Source: Mobula birostris (Eukaryota). Taken from it: a DNA stretch of 64,000 nt. This document shows positions 1 through 10,640 of the stretch, one piece after another (position 1 is the first letter of the stretch; the number at the start of each line of letters is the position of its first letter). The position numbers and the translations under genes were made by a program. The DNA is taken from NCBI RefSeq assembly GCF_030028105.1, contig NC_092374.1, positions 177,778,057 to 177,842,056 on the forward strand, written 5' to 3'. The notes below the pieces were generated by a model, which was not told where the DNA came from, searched no databases, and was given only the letters and a program-made list of their open reading frames with translations.

Positions 1-268
1 TAAAATAGAAAAGAAAGCTCCGTTTCAAAACGAAACTGCGTCATAACAAATACGCAGCATAACGGTGTAGCTAACGAAGCAAACAACAACTCAACTGAAA
101 CCAGACTAAATACTAACTGCGTCACACCAGGGGTCTCTGTTATATACCTGTTATGAACAGGTCATCATGTGACCTCACACTGGCGGGAAAATTACATCAT
201 GCGACCTCCACAGGACTATTACATCATGCTCATAAGACAGTCACAAGATACCCACGGGGAATCTAACA
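1..268 (-). mobile_element. Partial 5' LTR of the Gmr1-like Gypsy element belonging to the preceding unit
   Basis: Identical to 39461-39728; ends ...ggggaatctaaCA followed by the CTAC target-site copy. Confidence 0.8.
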
Positions 269-1291
269 CTACGCATTGATGGGAGACAGAAAGGATGACA
301 GATTGTTTGGATTACGTGACATTGGAAAACGATATCTTCATACCAGAGAGTAGTTGGCCACGCAACTGGAATATGAGGGGTTATGGAATTATTATTTTTT
401 TAAAACATCCTTGCACTTTTGCTCATTCTGATTCCTGGACTGCTTACTGAACTGCGAGGAAACACAATATCGGAATGAACAGCAATCCACATTTGAGAGG
501 CAACGTTAACGTTCCCGTGACCTTGCAGTTAAATTAAGAATTTCGCAATTCCATTTTTCTTCTCCTTTTGTTTTCATCCCAGCAACATCTTTTTCTGCTT
601 CAGATTTCCAGCGGTTCTTCTTTGGTCTAACAGAGGGATCTCATGGCCACAGCAAAGCTTTCGTTTTCCCTCCTCCTATTTTCAGTTACCTCATACTAAA
701 ATATCTGCGATCAACTATTTAATTTCTCTTAATTCTGAAGAATACAATCAATATGAAATATTAATTGTTCCTCTCTCCATAGAGGCACAGCACTAGATGT
801 ATTTTAACTATTCTTTCACTTCCAAATTTTTCTTTTTTTCTTTTAGCTAAATATAGTAGTCTTTATCTTAACATAACCTAAATATCTAATGACAGCATTG
901 GTGGGAGAGTTACTTTGTTCCCTGGACTGAGAAACAAGACTTTCATCAGAAGCGTCAAGCTGACACCCACCACATTTGCTTAAAAACCATCACGGTGAAT
1001 ACAAATTTTGATAATTCACCATAGAATTAGAAATATCAGTAATAATTGAATCGAATAAATATGCTATCGCTACCTGTTCTGTGTGCATGCAGTATTCCTG
1101 AGTCATAAGTGAATTTTTTCAATTCTGTGAAAACAAAAATGTTTGTTCAAGAAGCTATGAATAATTTTGTTGTTCTCTCACTCGCCGAATTCACTAGAGG
1201 ATTCGGTTTGCGCGTGTTTTAATGAAAATTTGTGCAGAGCTACTTGCTCATACTCTCCCAGGTTTGCAGCCCTTACTGCGATTCTTCTGGA

Positions 1292-3006
1292 ATGGGAAGG
1301 CCTCTAATTCTATACGTGAAGGAGATTTGCTATCCGATACTAGCGACGTTTGGCATCCCGGGTAAATTTGCCTATACCTTTCATTGGGTTGCTGCACTGT
1401 ATCAAGGTTATCAAGGGCTCTGTGATCTNNNNNNNNNNNNNNNNNNNNNNNNNNNNNNNNNNNNNNNNNNNNNNNNNNNNNNNNNNNNNNNNNNNNNNNN
1501 NNNNNNNNNNNNNNNNNNNNNNNNNNNNNNNNNNNNNNNNNNNNNNNNNNNNNNNNNNNNNNNNNNNNNNAGCGGTAAGGTTTAATAGAAACCTGATCAG
1601 CATATGCGAATAGATTGTTGCTGGATTCTTCTGAAGGGAGCCGAGTTTTTGCCTCGTATTAGAAGGCGGAAGGATATGTTTCTGCGCTGCATGACATTAT
1701 TTTTGGCAATGAATTTCTCACAATGCAGCCTGCTATGTTGTTATCAGAAGCCCTTTTATTAAGCTTTATTAGCTTTATTTGTTACGTGCATCGAATCATA
1801 CAGTGCATAGTGTCCTTTGAGTCAACGACCAACACAGTGCATGCAGAATGCTGCCCACAAGCGCTGCCATGCTTATTGCGCTCATAAGAGCTCATAACTT
1901 ACTAATCCTAACCCTTAATTCTTTTTCATGCTGCCTCATAATGAATGTTGTTACTTTCTTGAAAAACACTTCGACAGAATGCCTGCAGTAATTTGTCTCC
2001 ATATTTGTTAACGTGAAGCTAGCCTCGTTCACCACTGACACATTTGGCGGTTGTTTAATTGGTCATTATGTTGCTTACTTTCTTTCTGGTTCTTTCAGCG
2101 AACGTGGTGACGGCTGTGATACTCTACCGGGGAAAGTGCGGTCTCTCCAAAGGAATCACGCGGTACATGATGGCGATGGCGATCTCAGACCTGTTCGTGC
2201 TCATTGTTCACGTGTTACTCCGAGAAATCTACACTTACTATACACCTGGTTCTTTCCCCTCCCTCAGCGCAGTGTGCCGTTCATATGTACACTTGCGACT
2301 CCACAGCCTAGACTATTCCGTCTGGCTAACTGTGTCCTTTACCTTTGACCGTTTTGTCAGCATTTGCTGTCCAAAAGTGAGGCACAGATATTGCACGGAG
2401 AGGACGGCCACCGTGGTGATTGTGCTTTTGTGCATGCTGAGCTGCTTAAAATACATTCCCTTTCACTTCATGTACGAGCCTAGTTACACCATTGACAACG
2501 TGAACTGGGGGTGTCGGCCGAAATCCGTATACTTCACCTCCAACTGGTGGGTGGCTTTCACCTGGATGTGCAGCATATCTGTGTCGTTACTCCCCTTCGC
2601 TATCATTCTTCTCCTTAACGGACTGACGGTCAGACACATCATAGTAACCAGCAGGGTCCGACGTCGCCTAAAGGGCCAGGATGGTAAAGACAGCGAGACA
2701 GAAAGTCGGCGCAAGTCCATAGTTTTACTCTTCACAGTTTGCGGCACTTCAGTACTACTCTGGGCGACGGCATCGGTAACTAACATCTGTACTCGAGTCA
2801 CAATTAACTTTCAGGGCAAGGATCTCACAAGTCCCTCTACTGTAGCCAATGAAGTGGGAATACTGCTTATGCGTGTAGGCGTAGGAGCCAACACGTGTAT
2901 CTACGCAATGACCCAAAGTAAATTCAGACAGGAGCTGAAGAACGGGATTAAAAGTCTAAATTGTTTCAGCATTATACCTATGTATCGGACATGGCAGTCA
3001 GCCTAA
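1292..3006 (+). CDS. GPR139/GPR142-like class A orphan GPCR, gene A copy 1; exons 1292-1361 and 2099-3006; 325 aa
   Basis: Exon 1 encodes MGRPLILYVKEICYPILATFGIP with donor G|GTAAAT. Acceptor ttctttcAG|CG restores GIP-A-N (TM1) across a phase-1 intron. Motifs: MAISD (TM2), SVWLTVSFTFDRF (TM3), ECL2 WGC, LPF..LLN (TM5), LLWAT (TM6), NTCIY (TM7), helix 8 SKFRQE. No stops or frameshifts. Confidence 0.92.
1429..1570. other. 142-nt run of N in the gene A intron (copy 1)
   Basis: Directly visible; same length and flanks as 40888-41029. Confidence 0.99.
1762..1915 (-). mobile_element. Degenerate SINE-like 3' fragment in the gene A intron
   Basis: (AGCTTTATT)n tail followed by sequence I recall from elasmobranch SINE 3' regions; recognition from memory only. 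Confidence 0.4.
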
Positions 3007-3046
3007 AGCTGGAGACCGACTAGAAGACTGACACAGTTTATCGTAT

Positions 3047-3620
3047 TTCAAAGTCAAATAAATTGATTATCGAAGTACGTATGTCACCATATACCGCCCT
3101 GCGATACATTTTCTTGCAGTCAGTCACAATGGATCAAAGAAATACAGTGGAATTAATGAGAAACTGCACATAAAGAAAAACTGATAAACTCTGTAAATCC
3201 AAAAAAAGAAACAAGTATTAGTAATAATAAATAAATTTTAAAGAATGATATCGAGAACGTAAGTTGTAGAGACCTTGAAAATTAGTCCATAAGTTGCATT
3301 CAATGATTATTCTAGTGTTGTGGTGTGTGAGAATGTCTGTGCTGGTCCAGGGCTCTTTCTGTTCCTATAGTTTGTGGTGTGGTATCTAAGGCTCGTATAC
3401 ATTCCTCCTGATGGTAGCAGCAAGAAAGGAGTTTAACCCAGATGCCGGGTGTTTTTGATGAGCACTTGCTTGCTTGTGGCAGCACTCTTTGATCAACTGT
3501 GGTCATAGCTGTTTCCTGTGATGAATTGGCCTGCACCACCCAATTGCTGTATTTTGTTTCTCTTTAGGCATTGGTGTTTCCATATTAGAGAATGTTGCAA
3601 CCAGTTAGGATGCTCTGTCC
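3047..3620 (-). mobile_element. Old Rex1/Babar- or L2-like non-LTR 3' fragment
   Basis: The minus strand resembles the degenerate 'LLPSGRRYRSLRT' C-terminus plus a TTTGA(C/A)-type tail; it begins ~40 bp after the gene A stop. Confidence 0.55.
3057..3062 (+). promoter_or_regulatory. Candidate poly(A) signal of gene A
   Basis: First AATAAA, 51 nt after the TAA stop. Confidence 0.4.
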
Positions 3621-3629
3621 AGGAACCTT

Positions 3630-3762
3630 CCCCAGCCCTGACGAAGGGTCTCCGCCCGAAACATCGATTATACTCTTTTCCATAGATGCTACCTGCTGAG
3701 CTCCGCTAGAGTTTAAGTATGCTGCTTGGATTTTGAGCATCTACAGATTTTCTCTTGCTTGC
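3630..3762 (+). mobile_element. Penelope pLTR fragment with a degenerate hammerhead motif (3634-3669)
   Basis: CTGACGA-AGGGTCTCCGCCC-GAAACATC, followed by catagatgct...gagcatctacagattttc, similar to 14296-14432. Confidence 0.7.
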
Positions 3763-3974
3763 AAGTTCATCTACCTTTTTTTATATGTTGTGTGCATTCA
3801 GATGGGACACCTTTAGTCCTGTATTCACCCTTTTCTATTTTGACTGCCTTGTAACTCTTCGCAATTTCTTCTGTTGACTGCAATGTTGCACTATCAACTT
3901 TCTTCCTCACTTCACATTGCTCTGTTTGTAAACCAGCTACCTAATCTTCAGCGCTATGATCTGCCTTTCCTATG

Positions 3975-5277
3975 ATACTTTTTGATTTGAATATACAGAT
4001 TTTAATGGTAGATTTTTAATTATTAAAGGAGTAATCTGTAACAGAAAAGTTGTTCTGGTCAATTTGTACGGTCCTAACTTAGATGATCCTTCTATTTTAC
4101 GAAATGTATTTGCATTACTGCCTGATTTAAATGAATATATGTTGATAATGGGCGGAGATTTTAACTGTTGTTTAAATGCTTTGATTGACAAGAGCTCAAC
4201 CAAATCAGCGACTTCCAAATCGCTCCGCATCACTTATTAACTCCTTTTTAACCGATATTGGATTGATTGAACATGGAGATATTTATACCCTGATGACAGG
4301 GAATATTCTTTTTTTCACATGTTTGTAAAAATATTCGAGGATCGATATATTATAGTCGATCCTCGCTTCTTGCCTAGTGTTAAGAACTGTGAATATGACG
4401 CTATTGCAATATCTGATCATGCACCTCTGTGTTTGTCTTTCGAATTTGATGATGTCATTCTTGCCCGCCCACCATGGCGTCTGTGTCAGACACTACTGCA
4501 GAACACCGACTCTGTCAGCTTCATTGAAACCAAGATAAAAGTTTTTTTTCTTTCTAATGATATAGGGGGGACGTCTAACTTAATTATATGGGATATTTTT
4601 AAAGCATTTTTACGTGGTCAGATCATTTTTTATTTCTCTAAGCTTAAAAAACAGACTAAAGTAGAATTAGATAAGATTTCAAAACAAATTAAAGACTTAG
4701 ATAATATTAATACGAACCCCCCCCCCCAATAATGATTTATTCAAACAAAGGTTGGAACACCAATCACAATATAAGTTACTAAGCTAAAGAGACAATTTTA
4801 TATGTTTGGAGATAAAAATTAACAAACTGATTCCACTTCAATTAAAAACGGCCAGAGCCAAAAGACAAATTTTGAAAATCCGTAGGAAAGATGGTACCCT
4901 GCTTTGGAAATATGAAGAAATTAATAGGGTTTTTCAAGATTTTTATAATGAACATTATAAATCTCAATTTCCAGTAGATTCTTCTAAAATGAATGCTATC
5001 TTACGAAAGATTGCTTTTCCTCACGTTTCGGTTGAATATCAATAAAATATTGATGTCCAAATTACTGAAGCCGAAATTCATAAAGCTTTTTTTTCAATGC
5101 AATCTGTTAAGGCCCCTGGACTTGATGGCCACCCTGTAGAAATTTATAAAAAATTTGGAAAAATGCTTTCTTCGTATACGTTGGAAAAGTGTAAGGACTC
5201 TTTTGAGAAAGGTGATTTACCCTCTACTTTTTATGAGGCTTCTATTTCTTTAATTCCTAAAAAGGAAAAGGATCCTA
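3975..5277 (+). mobile_element. L1-clade LINE ORF2 fragment (APE endonuclease, linker, RT start), disrupted
   Basis: VNLYGPN, IMGGDFNC, ISDHAP, PWRL, IWDIFKAFLRGQII, KAPGLDG, ISLIPKKEKDP; several stops and frameshifts; truncated at the CR1 junction. Confidence 0.88.
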
Positions 5278-8200
5278 CGTGCTACGTGCCAGTGAGGGTA
5301 GGAATAGGATGCTCTGGAGGATGAACAAGTGGCTGAGGAACTGGTGTAGGGAGCAGGGTTTCAGATTTCAGGATAATTGGGACTTCTTCTGGGGCAGGTG
5401 GGACCTATACAAGAGAGACGGGTTACACTTGAACTACAGGGGGACCAATATCCTTTCAGAGAAGTTTGTTAATGCTATTGGGGGGGCTTTAAACCAGATT
5501 TGCAGGGGGATGGGAACCACAGTACCAGAGATGACAGTGTGGCTGGGGTGAAAATAAATGATGTTAAAAGTTCAAGCAAATCCGCTAATAGAAAGGTTGT
5601 GACTGGTGGTAAAATTCTTCTGAGGTGTATATATTTCAATGCAAGCAGTATTGCGGGGAAGGCGGATGAGTTGAGCGCGTGGATTGACACGTGGAATTAT
5701 GACGTTGTAGCAATTAGTGAAACTTGGCTACAGGAGGGGCAGGACTGGCAGCTTAATATTCCAGGCTTCCGATGTTTCAGATGTGATCGAGGCAGAGGAA
5801 TGAAAGGTGGGGGAGTGGCATTGCTTGTTAGGGAAAATATTACAGCAGTGCTCAGGCAGGACAGATTAGAGGGCTCGTCTACTGAGTCCTTGTGGGTGGA
5901 GCTGAGAAACAGGAAAGGTATGGCCACAGTAGTGGGATTGTATTACAGACCACCCATTAGTCAAAGAGGATTGGAAGTGCAAATCTGCAGAGAGATAGCA
6001 GGCAACTGCAGGAAACATAAAGTTGTGGTGGTAGGGTATTTTAATTTTCCATACATTGATTGGGTCTTCCATACTGTTAGGGGCCTAGATGGTTTAGAGT
6101 TTGTAAAATGTGTTCAGGAAAGTTTTCTAAATCAATATATAGAGGGAACAACTAGAGGGGATGCAATATTGGATCTCCTGTTAGGAAATGAGTTAGGACA
6201 AGTGACAGAAGTCTGTGTAAGGGAGCACTTTGGTTCCAGTGATCATAACACCATTAGTTTCAACTTGATCATGGACACCGATAGATCTGGTCCTAGGGTT
6301 GGAAAAAGGCCATTTTTGAAGAAATGAGAAAGGATCTAAAAAGCATGGATTGGGACAGGTTGTTCTCTGGTATGGATGTGATCGGTAGGTGGGAAGCCTT
6401 CAAAGCAGAAATTTTGAGAGTGCAGAATTTGTATGTTCCTGTCAGGATTAAAGGCAAGGTGAAGAGGAATAAGGAACCTTGGTTCTCAAGGGATATTGCA
6501 ACTCTGATAAAGAAGAAGAGGGAGTTGTATAATTTGTATAGGAAGCAGGGAGTAAATAAGGTGCTTGAGGAGTATAAGAAGTGCAAGAAAATACTTAAGG
6601 AAGAAATCAGGAGGGCTAAAAGAAGACATGACGTTGCCTTGGCAGTCAAAGTGAAGGATAATCCAAAGAGCTTTTACAGGTATATTAAGAGCAAAAGGAT
6701 TGGAAGGGAGAAAATTGGTCCTCTTGAAGATCAGAGTGGTCGGCTATGTGCGGAACCAAAGGAAATGGGGGAGATCTTAAATAAGTTTTTTGCGTCTGTG
6801 TTTACTAAGGAAACTGGCATGAAGTCCATGGAATTAAGGGAAACAATTAGTCAGATCATGGAAACTGTACAGATCGAAAAGGAGGAGGTCCTTGCTGTCT
6901 TGAGGAAAATTAAAGTGGATAAATCCCCGGGACCTGACAGGGTGGTCCCTCGGACCTTGAAGGAGACTAGTGCTGAAATTGCAGGGGCCCTTGCTGAAAT
7001 ATTTAAAATGTCGCTGTCTACAGGTGAGGTGCCGGAGGATTGGAGAGTGGCTCATATTGTTCTGTTGTTTAAAAAATGATCGAAAAGTAATCCGGGAATT
7101 TATAGGCCAGTAAGTTTAACGTCGGTAGTAGGTAAGTTATTGGAGGGAGTACTAAGAGACAGAAGCTACAAGCATTTGGATAGACTGCGACCTATTAGGG
7201 AGAGTCAACATGGTTTTGTGCGTGGTAGGTCATGTTTGACCAATCTATTGGAGTTTTTCGAGGAGGTTACCAGGAAAGTGGATGAAGGGAAGGCAGTGGA
7301 TATTGTCTACATGGACTTCAGTAAGGCCTTTGACAAGGTCCCGCATGGGAGGTTAGTTACGAAAATGCAGTCGCTAGGTATACATGGAGAGGTGGTAAAT
7401 TGGATTAGACATTGGCTCAATGGAAGAAACCAGAGAGTGGGGGTAGAGAATTGCTTCTCTGAGTGGAGGCCTGTGACTAGTGGTGTGCCACAGAGATCAG
7501 TGCTGGGTCCATTGTTATTTATCATCTATATCAATGATCTGGATGTTAATGTGGTAAATTGGATCAGCAAATTTGCTGATGATACAAAGATTGGAGGTGT
7601 AGTAGACAGTGAGGAAGGTTTTCAGAGCCTGCAGAGGGACTTGCACCAGCTGGGAAAATGGGCTGCAAAATGCAAATGGAGTTTAATACAGACGAGTGTG
7701 AGATATTGCACGTTGGAAGGACAAACCAAGGTAAAACATACAGGGTTAATAGTAAGGCACTGAGGAGTGCAGTAGAACAGAGGGATCTGAGAATACAGAT
7801 ACAAAATTCCCTAAAAGTGGCGTCACAGGTAGATAGAGTCGTAAAGAGAGCTTTTGGTACATTGGCCTTTATTTATCAAAGTATTGAGTATAAGAGCTGG
7901 AATGTTATGATGAAGTTATATAAGGCATTGGTGAGGCCGAAACCAGAGTATTGTGTTCAGTTTTGGTCACCAAATTACAGGAAAGATATAAATAAGGTTG
8001 AAAGAGTGCAGAGAAGATCTACAAGGATGTTACCGGGACTTTAGAAACTCAGTTACAGAGAAAGGTTGAATAGGTTAGGACTTTATTCCCTGGAGCGTAG
8101 AAGAATGAGGGGAGATTTGATAGAGGTATATAAAACTATGATGGGTATAGATAGAGTGAATGCAAGCAGGCTATTTCCACTGAGGCAAGGGGAGAAAAAA

Positions 8201-8497
8201 ACCAGAGGACATGGGTTAAGGGTGGGTGGGGGGAAAGTTTAAAGGAAATATTACGGGGGGCTTCTTCACACAGAGAGTGGTGGGAGTGTGGAATGAGCTG
8301 CCAGACATGGTGGTAAATGCGGGTTCTTTTTTTAACATTTAAGAATAAATTGGACAGATACATGGATGGGAGGTGTATGGAGGAATATGGTCCGTGTGCA
8401 GGTCAGGTGGACTAGGCAGAAAACGGTTCGGCACAGCCAAGAAGGGCCAAAAGGCCTGTTTCTGTGCTGTAGTTTTTCTATGGTTTCTATGGTCTCT
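5278..8497 (+). mobile_element. CR1 LINE, 5'-truncated (ORF1 esterase C-terminus plus disrupted ORF2 APE-RT)
   Basis: DGLHLN (ORF1); ISETW, SSDHN, KSPGPD, DFSKAFDKVPH, SGVPQ, FADDTK (ORF2); (TTCTATGGT)n 3' tail; stops at 7077 and 8042 plus frameshifts. Confidence 0.95.
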
Positions 8498-9023
8498 AAC
8501 CTTTCATTTGAAGCATCTTAACTTCAGCGTATTTATTTTTCAAGGCCTCAAGTTGTAGCAGTGTTACAAACTGTAACAATAAACACAGAAGCGGAAATCG
8601 ATAACTCATTATTAATGAACCAGACTTAAATCAGACACTCGGTACCTTGTCGTTGGGCATTGGTTCCACACCATCGGCATTGCACATGGCCCATAGGCAG
8701 AGTATACCTCTCCTTAACCGCCCAGAAACATGACGTCCCTTCTATATAAGTGGACACGATATTAACTCTGTTTCCTATATTTCCTGTACAATTGCCCGCC
8801 AAGTACTTTAGCAGGAATGACAGAGGAACCCTGGAGTAAAGCCATCGACCATTCCATCCACCTTCAGATCGAATAGATCATCCATCACAATAACCGCTGT
8901 TTGCAATCAAAATCCGCCAACAAACAAAACTTTCTATTTTCTCTCGGATCAGCCTTACAAGGAGATTTATTTCTTTGTCATTTCGTGTTCGGCCCTGCCA
9001 GCTACAACATGCATAATGCCATA
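8498..9023 (+). repeat. Unclassified ~525-bp non-coding dispersed repeat X, copy 1
   Basis: Aligns in the same orientation with 30103-30625; the core 8629-8715 is ~90% identical. Confidence 0.85.
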
Positions 9024-10150
9024 GATTTCCGTAGGTTCACCACCATCCGGCTAAAGAAACCCACCCTCATCTCCGATCTAAAATGACGCACATCTATGTT
9101 GACGCTCCGTCCACTGGTCCTCGTTTTCTTTCCATAAGAATTATCCTCTCCACATCCACTCTATCAAGGTCGTTTACCTGGTGTTCTTCTGAATGCAGTC
9201 GCGGAGCTACCAAAAGGTCTTCATATGACAAGTCATTCTCACTTGGAATCATTTTCCTGAACCTCCTTTGAAACATCTCCGGTTTCAGCACATTGTTTCT
9301 AAAATAAGTAACTTAAAATTGCTCTCAATACTCCAGGTGTGGCATCGTCTGTGCTTTATGAAGTCTCAACATTACGTCCTTGCTTTTGGATTCTATTCCT
9401 CTTGAACTCAACGGTAACATTGCATATACCCTCCTCACCACAGACTGAACCTGCATATTAACGTTTAGGAAATCCTACGCAAAGCCTCCCGTGTCCCGTT
9501 GCTCCTCGTTGTTTTCTGCATTTTCTCTCCATTTGGAAAATAATGAACCCTTGAATTTCTTCTACCAAAGTGCATGACCATACACGCCCAACAATGTATT
9601 CCATATGCCTTCTTTGCTCATTCTCCCGAAATGTCTACGTCCTTCTGTAACCTGTATACGACATCATATTTACCGCCTACTCCACCTATCTTATAGTCTG
9701 CACACATGCAATAAAGTCATCAATTCCATCATCCAATAAGTGGCATACAACGTAAAAAGAACCGGCCTCAACACAAACCCAACTGAATCACCACCAGTCA
9801 CAGGTAGCCAACCGGAAGTGGCTCCCTTTATTACCATTCTTTGCCACTTTCCAGTCAGATTGCAACTGGTTTATCATGCTGGAATCTTTCCTGTAAGAGC
9901 ATGGGCCGTAGCTTGTTAAGCAGCCCCATGTGTGGCACCTTGTCAAAGACCTTCTGAAAATCCAAGTACACGACATCAACTGATTCTCCTTTGTCTATCC
10001 TGGGTCTTATTTCTTCAAAGAATTCCAGCTGATTTCTCAGGTAAAATTTTTCCAAAGAGAAACTATACTGACTCTGACCTATTTAATATGTGGTTCTAAG
10101 TACCCTGAGACTTCATCTGCAATAACTGAATCGAACATCTTCCTTACCAT
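9024..10150 (-). mobile_element. Old CR1 RT/3' fragment
   Basis: LEFFEE, VDVVYLDFQKVFDKVPH and QRRFRKMIP on the minus strand. Confidence 0.85.
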
Positions 10151-10640
10151 CCAATCATCGACTACAGTCGTTATTACTCTTCCTTCGCACTTTGTCATGT
10201 CACAGGCAAGACAGAATATTTCGCTGCACCATCTCACCATCAATGACCCAAGCAGTACATAGATGAAGCAACGACTCACGTGTGTCTTTTCCAATATGTG
10301 TCAATGCAGTGGTTATTTACTTAGCGATCTCCACTACACAAGACAAAACAAGTACAGATTAAGGACTACTTAACAGATCACATTTGTGCCGTATACAGTT
10401 CCAAACAGGAGGACTGATGCACATCCCATCATTTCGCTTTAATTTCAAAAAAATTTCATTTCTTTCTCGGTTTGGAAGAACCCGGTGGTGGACCGTGATT
10501 CGAAGGAGCAAAATGCCGCAGTCGGCTGCGGATCGGTGAATATTACTTTCGGAAGAGTTGAACTCCAACTTGACCACATTTGGCTGTTCAAATATAATGG
10601 AATATTTTTGGGTCTTTTGGTCTTTCTATGAATAAGATAA

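Noticed and set aside
1099-1105. AP-1 site TGAGTCA upstream of gene A (variant TTAGTCA at 26716-26722 near gene B)
   Set aside because: A 7-mer is expected by chance at this scale and the spacing is not conserved.
1232-1613. ORFs of 87-117 aa spanning the N block (also 40691-41072)
   Set aside because: They are open only because Ns hide stop codons; only 1292-1361 is supported as coding, by its splice donor and homology to gene B exon 1.
2059-2098. Single-exon 315-aa GPCR starting at 2059
   Set aside because: The start is a TTG and the first 13 codons are the intron's polypyrimidine tract; splicing to exon 1 restores TM1 and matches gene B.
1292-3006. Assigning the symbol GPR139 or GPR142
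   Set aside because: Family-level resemblance only; multiple diverged paralogues with altered motifs argue against one-to-one orthology without a phylogeny.
5500-8044. Active CR1 ORF2
   Set aside because: Broken by a deletion/frameshift near 6300, stops at 7077 and 8042, and a frameshift near 7665.
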